Below are positions 1 through 47,312 of a stretch of 64,000 nt of DNA, piece by piece. The notes beneath the pieces are model-generated. The model was not told the origin of the DNA and ran no database searches. It worked only from the letters and a program-made list of their open reading frames with translations. The position numbers and the translations under genes are program-made. The DNA is from Chrysomallon squamiferum (Eukaryota > Animalia > Mollusca). Positions within the stretch are counted from its first letter, which is position 1; each line of letters starts with the position of its first letter. The stretch spans positions 25,234,001 to 25,298,000 of the forward strand of contig CM022670.1 of NCBI GenBank assembly GCA_012295275.1, given 5' to 3'.

Positions 1-450
1 TTTTTTATTGTTTATAATAGTAATACATGTTAATTATTCAAGATATGATGAGAAAGGAATATAAACACGTCAGTGAAAAACAAAAAAGTATTAATTCGTC
101 TCTTGCTTTCTGTTTCTGTCTCGATAGCCTTCTATAGACGTAAACATTAGTTACTCAGTTTGTATCAGTCATTTATATTCACAAATATAGTAATTCATTG
201 CTGAACTAGATGTATCTCTTATTCGTCAAATAGATAATTTTTTCAAAATATCATATTTGATTGGGCTTCTTACTTCTTTTTCTTCTTTTTTGACAGAAAA
301 GAAATATTTTATCTGCATTCTATTAGACATAAAAGCGTGTCTGAGGGTTTTTGATAATTATTGCTAGTACTACGGTCCTGAAAGAATAGAAAATACTTAT
401 TTTATTTGTTATCTCCCTTTAACTTCTGGAACGCAGTAAACGATGATTTT

Positions 451-454
<4 letters not shown>

Positions 455-526
<72 letters not shown>
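455..526 (+). repeat. (CT)n microsatellite
   Basis: Direct observation. Confidence 0.97.
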
Positions 527-529
<3 letters not shown>

Positions 530-1176
530 TTCATAATTAGTTTAGCTCTATCTTTTCCCCTAATTTATGTATATTGCTGTAGTACAAACGGTTCTGTCTT
601 AGGCAGAGAACCCGATCTCTTGTATTACCAGCTTCAACTTAGCCCTATTTTCCATTCTGGAAGGTGCTCCACTAACATGTACATCAGATTCATCTCTTTT
701 GGATTCATGATTATAGAAATATTACAATAATACTGAAAGATTGCCTAGACGGTGCTGTGTGCTGAAGTTACCTTGCACAAAAACAACAACAACAACAAAA
801 AATAAACCCTTTCATTAACCTGTCCCTGGTTTGCAAACTTCGGATCCCAGTTTGCTCTGATGCTGATTTTTATTTTTGAAAATGAGCTTTTATCAAGGAT
901 TTTTTCTTTCTTTTTCAAGAAACAAGAAATTTTTGTATATTCGTGTGTGGGCACCAGGCGACAGCTGAGAACGGGAAACCAGCTGTCATAATATTCATTC
1001 TTTATTGATTAACTTTGCACATTACGGAATTATTTATTTTCAGTAACAAAATAAACAAGATTCCGCCTCCTCAAAAAAAATAAAAAATTAAAAAATTTAA
1101 AAATAAAAATAAAAACAAAAATAAAAATGAAATAAAATGAAATAAAATGAAATAAATAAATAAATAAATAAATAAG

Positions 1177-1211
<35 letters not shown>

Positions 1212-1648
1212 ATATAAAACATAAAAACAACAAGACTAAAACAAAAACAAAAACAAACAATAAGCAATTAGTATTTAAAAAAAAAAAAAAAAGTACTGCC
1301 TGTAATACTGTTAAATCCATGATCACATGAAAGGTTAAAAAAGTGAATTTTCTAGTTTTGATATAAAATTTACCGAAATATACCATTAAACAGATGAACA
1401 GCAACTATAACCAGCAGAATTATCACAAAAAACAACAGACACCGTTGCATTTACCGCTAAATGTATTACTATAACTACAACTACAACTAGTTCTACTTCT
1501 GTTACTACTACAACTGTTACTACTTCTAGAGTTATAAACATTATTACAAAAATACACAGTTGCATTGTTACTACTGCTAACAGTACTACTACTATTACCA
1601 CTACTGTTTCTATTACTACTTACTTAATCCTACTTTTCCTTCTGTTAC

Positions 1649-1786
1649 TGTTCGTTGAGCCAACTAGCGGCGGCATATCTGAAGCTCGCTCGTAACTCGG
1701 AATTTCACTCACAACTCAAAGTAAAAATCGACCAAATGACTGCCTATAACTCGGAAAACTTTTAAGTTGGGGCACTCGTAAATCGA

Positions 1787-1787
<1 letters not shown>
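1649..1787 (-). mobile_element. 5' terminal fragment of the same Tigger derivative
   Basis: Aligns directly to 41677-41817 (gttcgttg..ccaact..gcggc..gctcgtaactcgg..ggggca). The outermost TIR bases are missing, with (TG)n in their place. Confidence 0.85.
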
Positions 1788-1846
<59 letters not shown>

Positions 1847-1970
1847 TTTAATTTAATTGTTTTCTGGGGAGGGGTTGTTTTGTTTGTGTTTCTTTCGGCT
1901 GTTTTCTTTTTTCTTTTCTTTTTTTTTTTGTTATTTTCATTTTCGGTTGTTTTGTTGTTGTTTTTTGTCG

Positions 1971-2009
<39 letters not shown>

Positions 2010-2980
2010 GTTCATTTTGTTCTGGTAAACGTTTGCGATCTTTATTAAATGGAAATTCACCTTTTTGTTTTGGTTGTTGCTGAAAAAAAAGATACTTTGA
2101 AAAAGAATTTCTTTTAATAGGATGTGATCCATTAAATCACTACAAACAATAAAAAATTAAGAACAGTTCTAGCAATTAGATATATTTCATTTTTCTTCTT
2201 CCCGGTTATTTTAATTATTTTTACTTCCTGTTTCTTTTTTTTTTTTTTTTTTTTTTTTTCTTTCTTTCTTGTGTTTTTTTTTTTAAACTTTGTTTCCATT
2301 CTTTTTTTTTTTTTTTTTTTTTATTTCTTTTCCAAAATACTGGCATCCATTTGAATGAAGAGCTTGGGGAAATCAGTTTGTAACATAAAGGATATCCGTC
2401 TTTATTACTGCTTTCGACGTCCAACACAAGGCAACAATAATTTCTAAGAACTGAGCTTAATCCACCATGGAGACACGATCACGTGCTCTGTGGTGCCGCA
2501 AGCAAGCTTTCATTCATGAGACTTCCTTTATCTTTTTTTTTTTTTTTTTTTTTTTTTATTTTTTTTTTTTTTCCATTTTTTATTTATCTAACTTCATAAC
2601 TGATTTATCTGTTATTTATACAAATCATTTATGTCTGCTTATCTTCCAAATTTAGATCCTTTTACGAAGCATTCATTTGTACATAAATCAATTTTACGCT
2701 CGACTACACCGGGTTCCACTTGTTTGAACAATGTTTAATTTTATTCTTGTAAATCTCTAACAGTTATACGTACTGACATAATTTGTCGTTTTTAACGTTT
2801 TATTTTTGCACAGTTTTAATTTGGTTCTGTTTTTCATTTTTCTTATTCTTCGTTTTATAATTACTTTCGTATCAAAAGTAGTAGCAGCAGTGACAGTAGT
2901 AGTTGTAGTAGTAGTAGTAATAATAGTTGGTTTTGTTGCTGCGGTGGTAATAGTAGTAGTAATAAAAGTAGTAGTAGGAT

Positions 2981-3410
2981 AATTTCTTTTTCTGACCATG
3001 GAGCGTAAGAAAGTGAGTGCAAAGGACAGTGCTGAGAAGAAGAAGCGGATGATGTCCATTGAATTAAAGCATGTCATAATAGCGAGGTGTGCATGTAATC
3101 GACTTGGCTAGACAGTTTGAGCGCAGTACTTATACGATATGTACCATTCTGAAACAGAAGGAGTCGATAAAGGCTGTAACTCTAGCCAAAAGCGTTAAAA
3201 TAATTTGTCTGAACTCAAAGATAAACACACTGTACAAATCAATTTAATTATTTACATTCTCTTTTTTTTTTTTTTTTGTACAATATTTGTCATTTATAAA
3301 TTCAATATGTTTTATTTAAAAACACGTTACAAAAAAAAAAAAAAAAATGGTATTGTTTTGTGGCGCTGGAACGGATTAATGGTGTCTCAGTTAATTTCAT
3401 TTGGAAAATT
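2981..3410 (+). mobile_element. Truncated internal fragment of the same Tigger derivative
   Basis: Aligns by eye to about 3917-4350 (gaccatggagcgtaagaaagtgagtgcaaaggacagtgctgag...). It has a frameshifting deletion and lacks both TIRs. Confidence 0.88.
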
Positions 3411-3691
3411 TCTAACAAGGAAACATTTTTTTTTTTTTTTTTTTTTTTTGAGGAAATTTATTTTAACTGCACTATAGAATTGGTCAAAGACTATGACACA
3501 TTTTTTTTTTTCTTTACTACTACAGACGTACCACTTACGGCATGATTCCATGTCCAGATTCCAGCACCCAGGCATTTGCAAAAATGTAAGCAATGAATTT
3601 TGTTTAATTTTCTTTCATTTTTATCCCCTAGGACCACAAGCTAGATATAACAGTAGGAACGCATATCCTGGTTGTAAGTGTATAATATATA

Positions 3692-4420
3692 CAGTGGTAC
3701 CTTGACTTACGAGTGCCTTAACGTACGAGTTTTCCGAGTTACGAGCAGTCGCTTGGTCGATTGTTTGCTTTGAGCTGCAAGCTAAATTTCAGATACGCCG
3801 CCAATAGTTGGCGCAACGAACAACACAACATCCTGCCAGCATCCCGCGTCTTATATGTTTACGTCACCTGTTTACCTCTATTGTGTTCTGTTTGCATTTT
3901 ATGCAGTATTTTGCCAAATTTGTTTTTTCTGACCATGGATCATAAGAAAGTGAGTGTAAAGGACAGTGCTGAGATGAAGAAGCGGATGATATCCATTGAA
4001 TTAAAGCATGAAATCATAGAAAAACATGAGCGAGGGGTGCATTTAGTCGACTTGGCTAGGCAGTACTAGTGTAGTACTTTTACGATATGTACTATACTGA
4101 AGCTGAAGAAGTCGATAAAGGCTGTAACTCTAGCCAAAGGCATTAAAATAATTTCTAACATCTCCAAGATAAATACACTTTACAAAACCAATTCATTTCT
4201 TTACATTCTCTTTTATTTTGTTTTTATACAATATTTGTCATTTATAAATACATTTTTCTTATTTAAAAAAAGAAAATAAATAAAAAATGGGGTGGTTTTG
4301 GGGACTGGAACGGGATAATGGTATTTCAGTTAATTTCACTTGGGAAAATTAATTTGATATACGAGCAAATTGAGTTACAAGCTTGGTCACAGAATGAATT
4401 AAACTCGTAAGGTACCACTG
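3692..4420 (+). mobile_element. Non-autonomous Tigger/pogo (Tc1/mariner) deletion derivative, complete copy A
   Basis: TIRs CAGTGGTACC...GGTACCACTG are flanked by TA at both ends. The interior encodes an N-terminal CENP-B-type HTH fragment (MDHKKVSVKDSAEMKKRMISIELKHEIIEKHERGVHLVDLARQY*), with no DDD catalytic domain. Confidence 0.92.
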
Positions 4421-7194
4421 TATATAATATATATGTATATGTATGTTTGTATGTATGTGTGTGTGTGTTTGTCTGTGAGCGCGCGTGCGCGTATGTGTTT
4501 GTGTGTGCCTCATGTTTTAATTATTTTTATAAAAATGCAGTTATTTTCGTTTTAAAAATATATGAAAATTTGCTAAAGCAAGAAACCATTATTTATTGAC
4601 AGAAAATGTTCATATCTTGTCGCTGATGTCCATATGCTAGTAAATTTTATAAAACTTCGTTTACAACTTTTATTTATTTACTACAAAATTTTTAATCCAC
4701 ACTTTAATCTTTTATTTTTATTTTTTATTACATAGTAAATTTTCAGATATATATATGTCTTATAATTGATATTTTTATATTTGTATATCGCGAGGCATTG
4801 AAATATATCACATATAATATGATACGCACGTTAAACCACCACATCCCAATGGAAAAGCAAAACGTGCATTATTTCAGTTACCCCAAACACCGGTTTCCCA
4901 CGTTTGATCCGAAAAGCCTGCACGGCGTGTTTTCTAAATTCATAAATCTCACAGCAGTTTGAAAGATATTTCTTCTTATTTTGAGAATGGTGATATTTTA
5001 TAAATAAAAAAATATTCGCACCAGGATTAATTTTTAAATGTTACAAGTTGTAAACGCGCAAAAAAAAAAAGAAAAAGAAGAAAAGGATATATAATCTGTA
5101 TAGATGAAAGCAACAAATGGTACGTTTGACAGCAATTAACAAAAACACGATGAGTATTTTATTTCTTCACATCAAGTACTGCAAGAAATGCATTCCACCG
5201 AAAAGGTTTTAATCCATACAGTGAAAGACATTTAGATCGAAAATACATTTTTATTACTGCTATTTTTGATTATGAAATATTACCGAGACGGAAGACGCCG
5301 AAGCTAGAAATTACAGCTTGCTTCTATTTTTATAATCACTTTGAAATGTCAGGGTCTGCACACTTCTTTGAAAGCTCAGAGTTTGCTGCTCGGTGGCTCA
5401 CAAATAGATCCACAAATTTATTTATTTCCCTAGCGGTACCCCTGTCAGCTTCAATAACTCTGATATATTAAGATAAAACACTTAAAACTTCTGATGTCGC
5501 TATTGGTCATTTCGAAACGCTGTTTCTCGGAGGATTACTGAAGAAGAGGTAATGGAATGTGTTAGCAAAATTTATATATAAAAAAAAAAAAAAATTAAAA
5601 AAAGGACTACAACTCACATGTAGACAAGAATTTGTCCGTCGTTATCGATATTTGTAGCTTTAAGTAGTGGAATATTTTCAAGATAACAGCAAAAATCACC
5701 AAAATACGAATCATCGTTATGCCAAGCATTCCAAAAATTTAATAAGTTAGGCGCTTTTACATTCTTAACTTAAAAGTGTTTAATGACGATATAATCAGTT
5801 TAATCTTATTGTTTGTTCTCCAAATGTTCAGTATCATGATGATGATTATAATTTTCTTTGTTAATGAATGAAGATACCAGAATATTCAGCATCTTCAGCT
5901 GGCTAGAAATATATATATATTTTTTTCAGTTACATGTTGGTTTATATTTTTTATTTATTATATTTTTTTTTTTTTAAGAGATACAAATTTACATTTCTTA
6001 GATTTCACAAAAAAATGTTATTAAGATATAATTTCTGCTAATCCATGAAGTCGCTGCAGCGGATTTCTCGTATCATTATTTCCCTAAAAAACCTATGTTT
6101 TAAATTTTATAACCATTCATAGGTGTCATTAAATAGTGATTAACTCGTTTTACAACTCTTGTATTTAGTTCACATTAAATAAAATATTCACATCAATGTA
6201 AAGAACGCTGTTTTTTCTGCGTGTTGAGGATCCGCGCGAATTAACATCCTACCTTGACTGACTATCAGGAGAATCAGAATGATCTACACACACCAGAGTG
6301 AAGCACAGTCGTTCTCCCACGAGACAATTATTAAGTTTTTAGATTCGTTTTTATCTCTCTCTTTAGAGTAATCATTTCTACAGAAGGCCAGGATTTAATT
6401 AAAATATATACAGTTTTGGAATATTCAGTTTTGTGAATCTCTTATATCCTGAACAGTCGCCTTGCAGACATTAAAAGTAAAATGCAGTTTTGTTTTTCGA
6501 CATATCTGCACATTAAATGTCTTTTACATCTTTAACTAAAAAAATAAATAAATAAATAAATAAATTTACCAGCCAAAGAACGACAAACCAACGAACAAAC
6601 AACAGTAACAAAAAAGAGAACACTTTTGCCCCTCAAAAATACTATTATTAATTAACAATATTATGCATTTTTCTACTTACAGAAAATAACATTTCGTTTG
6701 TCTTTGATGAAGCAGGCACTGGGCAGTGGCTGCAGCAGTAAATATCCAGTGTGGCTCTTAAGACCTGTTAATGTTACGATCCATCAAACACAAAATATAT
6801 TCACAGTAATATATGTTTTACAAACGTTACAAGCTAAACTCTAAAAATAATAACAAAACTCTTCAGTGCAAAATGAAATTTATTATTGAGGGAAAAAAAA
6901 AATAGGAATAAAATACGAAATAAAATAAAATAACAAAAGAATTTAATAATAATAAAAAGAGAATATAAATAAAAATTAATCAGATATTCTACGATAATTT
7001 TCATAATACGTAATTGAAAAAAAAAAGAAAAAAAAAAAAGAAGTAAATTAATTAATTACTTTCTCAGATCAGTTTATCTATATTATACAGTTTCGCGATG
7101 CCGTTAACCAATCAATTTTAAAAATACTAAATATGTCTTGTAATAGTTATGCATTGATCTTTACATTCAAGCAATAACTAGTGTAGAAAGGCGG

Positions 7195-7364
<170 letters not shown>

Positions 7365-8444
7365 CTAATTTACAAGAAATCGTATTTAGTAATTCTGACG
7401 ATTTCAGGAAACATTTCAAAAACCAATAGGTAAGTTTGAGATGATATTTAATAACTACAGTGAATACTGATAGTTCAGTTCTACTTCTTTTACTTATAAT
7501 GAATGCACAATGAACATGAAAAATTAAAACGTTTAAATTAAGGATATTATATTGATATTACAGTCATTTATTTTAATTTGTGTTATATACCTTTCATTGA
7601 CATAAAACACAGTAATAAAAATAACACATTAAATAAATAGATAAAAATTACGTTTTTAAGAAAAACACATTTTATGTTTTGCTATTTCAAAAGCAATACT
7701 TTTCAAGGCATAGCTAAAATATGTTGTGTTTTTTTTTTTGTTCTATATTAATCGATAATTTTATTGACAAAAATTCCCACTTACATAAAATTAATTTCAA
7801 TAAGACAATCATTCAAAATGAATGTAATTTACAGGATATTTCATGAAATATATGCATAATTCATAAACATAATTATTATCTGTTTCCTGCATTTTCAGAA
7901 AAGAATAACTGAAACACGTGGTTATCACTACTATTTACAATGTCAAGGCTGTACATAAAATATTTACAGTTATCACTCTGCTTCACCCTCTTGCATCCGA
8001 TATCTATCACATATACATTTCTGAAAGTAGATGTTAAAGACATCTATAAATCAACAACTATTTCTCTTTTATATATCGCTAGACAGAAAAAGGTACGAAA
8101 AATTAACTTTTACTTACAATATCATTTTAAAAATGACTAGTAAGTTATAAAAAAAATTATTTCGTTATTTCAAACAACAAATAACCAGAAGTGGGAAAAA
8201 AATAATGTAGAAATGACATCATATTAAAACTGATGATTTCAGTTGATATATGTGGGTGAAAAGTAAAGGGGCTGTGTTACAACTCGTATCACATAGAATC
8301 TTAAATAGAAAACAGAAATAACAGTGTTGGCAAAAGACGTTGGACAATAAACAACAGCGCAGAACCATTTTACTGACGTCTCTTCTTATTTAATAACATA
8401 GATTTGCAACCCTCGTGTGCCTGCCAAGTCTAATTGCTCTGCAG

Positions 8445-8910
8445 TACTAGTTACCAAACCACATATTCCTGCTGTGATGTGGTATTTGCTTTTATGATAT
8501 TAATTTCTAAACTACAACTCCTGTTATGTCGTAGAATGTTTTTATAATACCAGTTTTAAAACCACAGATTTCTGTTATGACGTAGTGTTTTTATATATTT
8601 TTTGTAATACTAGTTTTCAAACCACACATTCATGTTATGCCTAGTATTTGGGTTTTTTAATCATACCAGATTCTAAACCAAGCATTCCTGTTACGACGTA
8701 CGTAGTATTTGTTTTGACAATACTAGTTTCCAAATAACACCTTCCTGTTCGTTTTTATTATTTTCTCTGCAGCACTGGTTTCAAACCCATACGTACTTCG
8801 TATGTCACAGTATTTGTTTTTTAATAGTAGTTTTCAAACCACACATTTGTGTTCTGTCACATTCTTTATTCTATAATTCTTGTTTTAAATCCATACAGTC
8901 CTGTTCAGTT
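8445..8910 (+). repeat. Degenerate 50-60 bp tandem repeat, about 9 copies
   Basis: The core tactagttttcaaaccacacattcctgttatg.cgtagtatttg recurs at about 8445, 8498, 8547, 8608, 8664, 8721, 8773, 8825 and 8877. Confidence 0.82.
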
Positions 8911-9881
8911 CTTCGTTATTTGCTATAAAACAAGTTTGTAATCGTCATGTATCAGCCTGTCTATTCATATATACAATATATAATAAGAATAAGTGAACAA
9001 GTAAAAATGTAAATACGATTAAATATTAAAAAATCTTTCCAAGAAACAATAAAACATTTTATACGTTTTTGAATAAAACGTCGAACTTTTGGTGTGCGTA
9101 CAGCAGAATGGTTTAAAAAACAATAAATTCCATGTCGAGTTCTTTGTTTCTTTCTTTTTTTCATAACTTTTCTGTTGTCATAAACTTTTCTGATGCTTTA
9201 GTTTTTGCATGCATTTTATTCTTTTACTTGTTTTCTCAAACACATACATGAAATTTTCCCTATTGCACACGTGCTCAAATCAATGCTTTACTCTGACTGA
9301 TTAAGTAGCAAGAATCCTGAAAAATCCTTTATCCTTTTTGACCGAAAAATTTCAAAAAAACATGTTAATTCTAACTCGGCAAGTTACTTTCCTTCCAAAT
9401 AAGGCGCCAGTTTCTTCCGCTCGGATCAGATTACAGAAGAAGCCCAGAGATCCTTCGTCAACACTACACGAATTTTCATATCGAACGTGTGTCCACTTCA
9501 AAACGAAAATGAATTTAACAAAGAAGAGTTCCAGAGCAAGCATTTGCTCAACAAATCACAAAAGATTCTAACTGGTTTAATCATATTTCTGGTTTTTATG
9601 GTTTTAGATCGACGCCTACGGTTTCATGTTCAGTTTGTTTAATACTGTGTATTAAAATCTATAATTCACTTTTTCAAATATAACTGTACTTTGCACCTAT
9701 TTCATACTTTAAACTGGGGTATCTGTTTTAGATAAAATTTGTTTTAAAGAGAAGTAAATAAAAGAAGAAATTACAAAAATCGTCTTCTATCACGTTTTGC
9801 TTTCAATTATGCTCACTGATTTTTTTTTTTTTTTTTTTTCATTCTCCCTTCTTATGGTCTATACGCTTTTATCCACTAGTT

Positions 9882-45144
<35,263 letters not shown>

Positions 45145-45505
45145 CTTGGTGTATTTTCTATAATCCTACCCCTTGTCGTGAACTAGGTGCTTCGCGATGG
45201 TAACTTGTGAGAAAAGCAGAATTTTTCGCACTTCTGCGGACGCGAGATTTCACTAGACTGTACTCGGAATCGATTCGTAACGCTCCGTAAGATTCCCAAA
45301 CTCATGAGACGCGGAAAAGCAGACACACCATTCCAGGAATGGTTCAACTACATACTCTGTGATAAAAATATAAACGAAAAATTGCTTGAATGCTTCTTTT
45401 CTAGAAAATACAAATCCTCTTTTTGTCGGAACCACAAGGACTGGGTAAAATTACTCTTACTGACAAAAATGTGGCAAATCTCTCACGACAGCAGACGTAA
45501 TAAAA

Positions 45506-45513
45506 TGACGTCA
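45506..45513. promoter_or_regulatory. Perfect CRE palindrome TGACGTCA about 360 bp upstream of the channel start codon
   Basis: Exact CREB/ATF consensus in a relatively CpG-rich, repeat-free stretch 5' of exon 1. Function is not demonstrated. Confidence 0.35.
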
Positions 45514-46315
45514 CATTTTTTTTTTCTTTCTTCTTCGCCCCTTAAGAAAATGTTTTAGTTCATTTGTCAATCGCTGAAAGATTTTTTTCTTTCTTTTTAT
45601 CTGAAGGGAAATTTGGGTTAAGGCAGTAATTTTTGGGGGCAGTCACAGACTCACACGAAACCGGTTTTCTCCCGATCTCAGCTATGCGGCAAACTTGTCA
45701 GAAGAAACTTCACTTGTCAGTCACTAAAACATTCATCGATTAGGATCAAAATTCCGTTGTACACATTGGCCGAATGTTTAGCGAAGAATTCCTTAACACA
45801 TATATACAGAGCTGCACATCGATTTCTTCACAATAGTAGCTTTCTCAGACCTTTGACATCAAAATATCGTTTTATAAAAGAAGTATTTAATATGCACACA
45901 GTAATTATCAAATTCTCTTTTTCTTCATTATAAAATAGTTAAAGAAGAAATTCCGTCATCACAGCAACAAAGAAGGAACACCGTTATTTTATATACAACT
46001 TTGTTGTATTTCTGTCACATTCAGATCCGTAACATTTTGCAGCAGATTTGTGAAAGTGATAACGTTAAAGCTCTGGGCTTGAAACTAAAATCGAGATAAG
46101 CATTTGTTAGCTTAAAGAAATCACCAGCATGCTCTTAAGACTCTTGTGCTTCTCAGATCCGTTCTAGCATTTTATAATGCATCCGCCTACAAAGATCTCC
46201 TCGCTTTCAGAATCGCACTATCAGAACTCTTCAGCACAACGTCATTCTCGCTCATAGAACGTAAGGTAAATTAACTTCTGAGTCAGATACCTTCTGCGGT
46301 ATCACTTTTATATAC

Positions 46316-46357
<42 letters not shown>

Positions 46358-46714
46358 CCAAGAAAGACTAAACTGAACAATGTAAACTAAGAAATCGGAT
46401 GTAAAATGTTTGAATTTACTGAGAAAATATGTTAGCTATTGTATTACAGAAAAATATTAGAAAAATAATTTAAAAATTAAAATTAAGTGAAAAGTTTTGT
46501 TTTTCTTTCATTATTAGTTTTATTTATTTTTTCTGATTTTTAAAAATATTACTATTTTTTTAATCACAAGTAAACATAAAATTAGGGCTTTTCTTATATT
46601 TTGCTATTTTAAAGTATTAAGCAAAAAATGCTGAATAACTGAAATGAATTATCGTTGTCATTTTTATATCGTTACTACCAGCACTATTTCCATAATTACG
46701 TTTACAGTAAAAGT

Positions 46715-46832
46715 AAGAAAGAAAGAAATGTTTTATTTAATGATGCAATTGACACATTGTAAATCAATGGTTATTTGGAGTCATACATAATCTTGATTAA
46801 TTGTCATAAAATAATAATAAAAATAATAAATA

Positions 46833-46871
<39 letters not shown>

Positions 46872-47055
46872 AAACCAACAAATAATAATAATAAAACTGA
46901 TAAAAACGTAATGAGTTCAGTGGGGTTTTTTTTTCTGCTGTTGTTTTCGTTTTCAGTTAGCAGCATGACCTTTTATTTACACCTTCCCTTACACAGGGGA
47001 AAACATATTACATCTTTAGATAAAACAGTAGTGACGCACTGTATGGATGAAAATA
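46715..47055. mobile_element. Old dispersed SINE-like repeat copy
   Basis: Begins gaaagaaagaaatgttttatttaatgatgca. It shares the core ttagcagca..ttttat..ccttccc..acagg..aacatattac..gcactg with 44640-44790 and 16215-16340. The reverse complement of its start occurs at about 49830-49880. Confidence 0.55.
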
Positions 47056-47271
47056 TTACAATATGAAATATTAGTTAAAGAATATAATGTATTGCTATTG
47101 CTGTTATTTTTGTTTTTATTGTAGTTCAAGTTATTTTTCTTGTTCTTGTTGCTGTTATTGTTGTTGTTATTATTATTATTTTAATGAATGATATGAAATT
47201 TTTGTTTCATTCTTTAACATTTTCATTAAGAGATTTTCAAAATAGCAAAAACACAAACAGACATACAGTTA

Positions 47272-47312
<41 letters not shown>

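Noticed and set aside
570-790. More GC-balanced stretch that might be a coding exon or LINE remnant
   Set aside because: The frames I translated gave no convincing protein motif or splice-bounded ORF.
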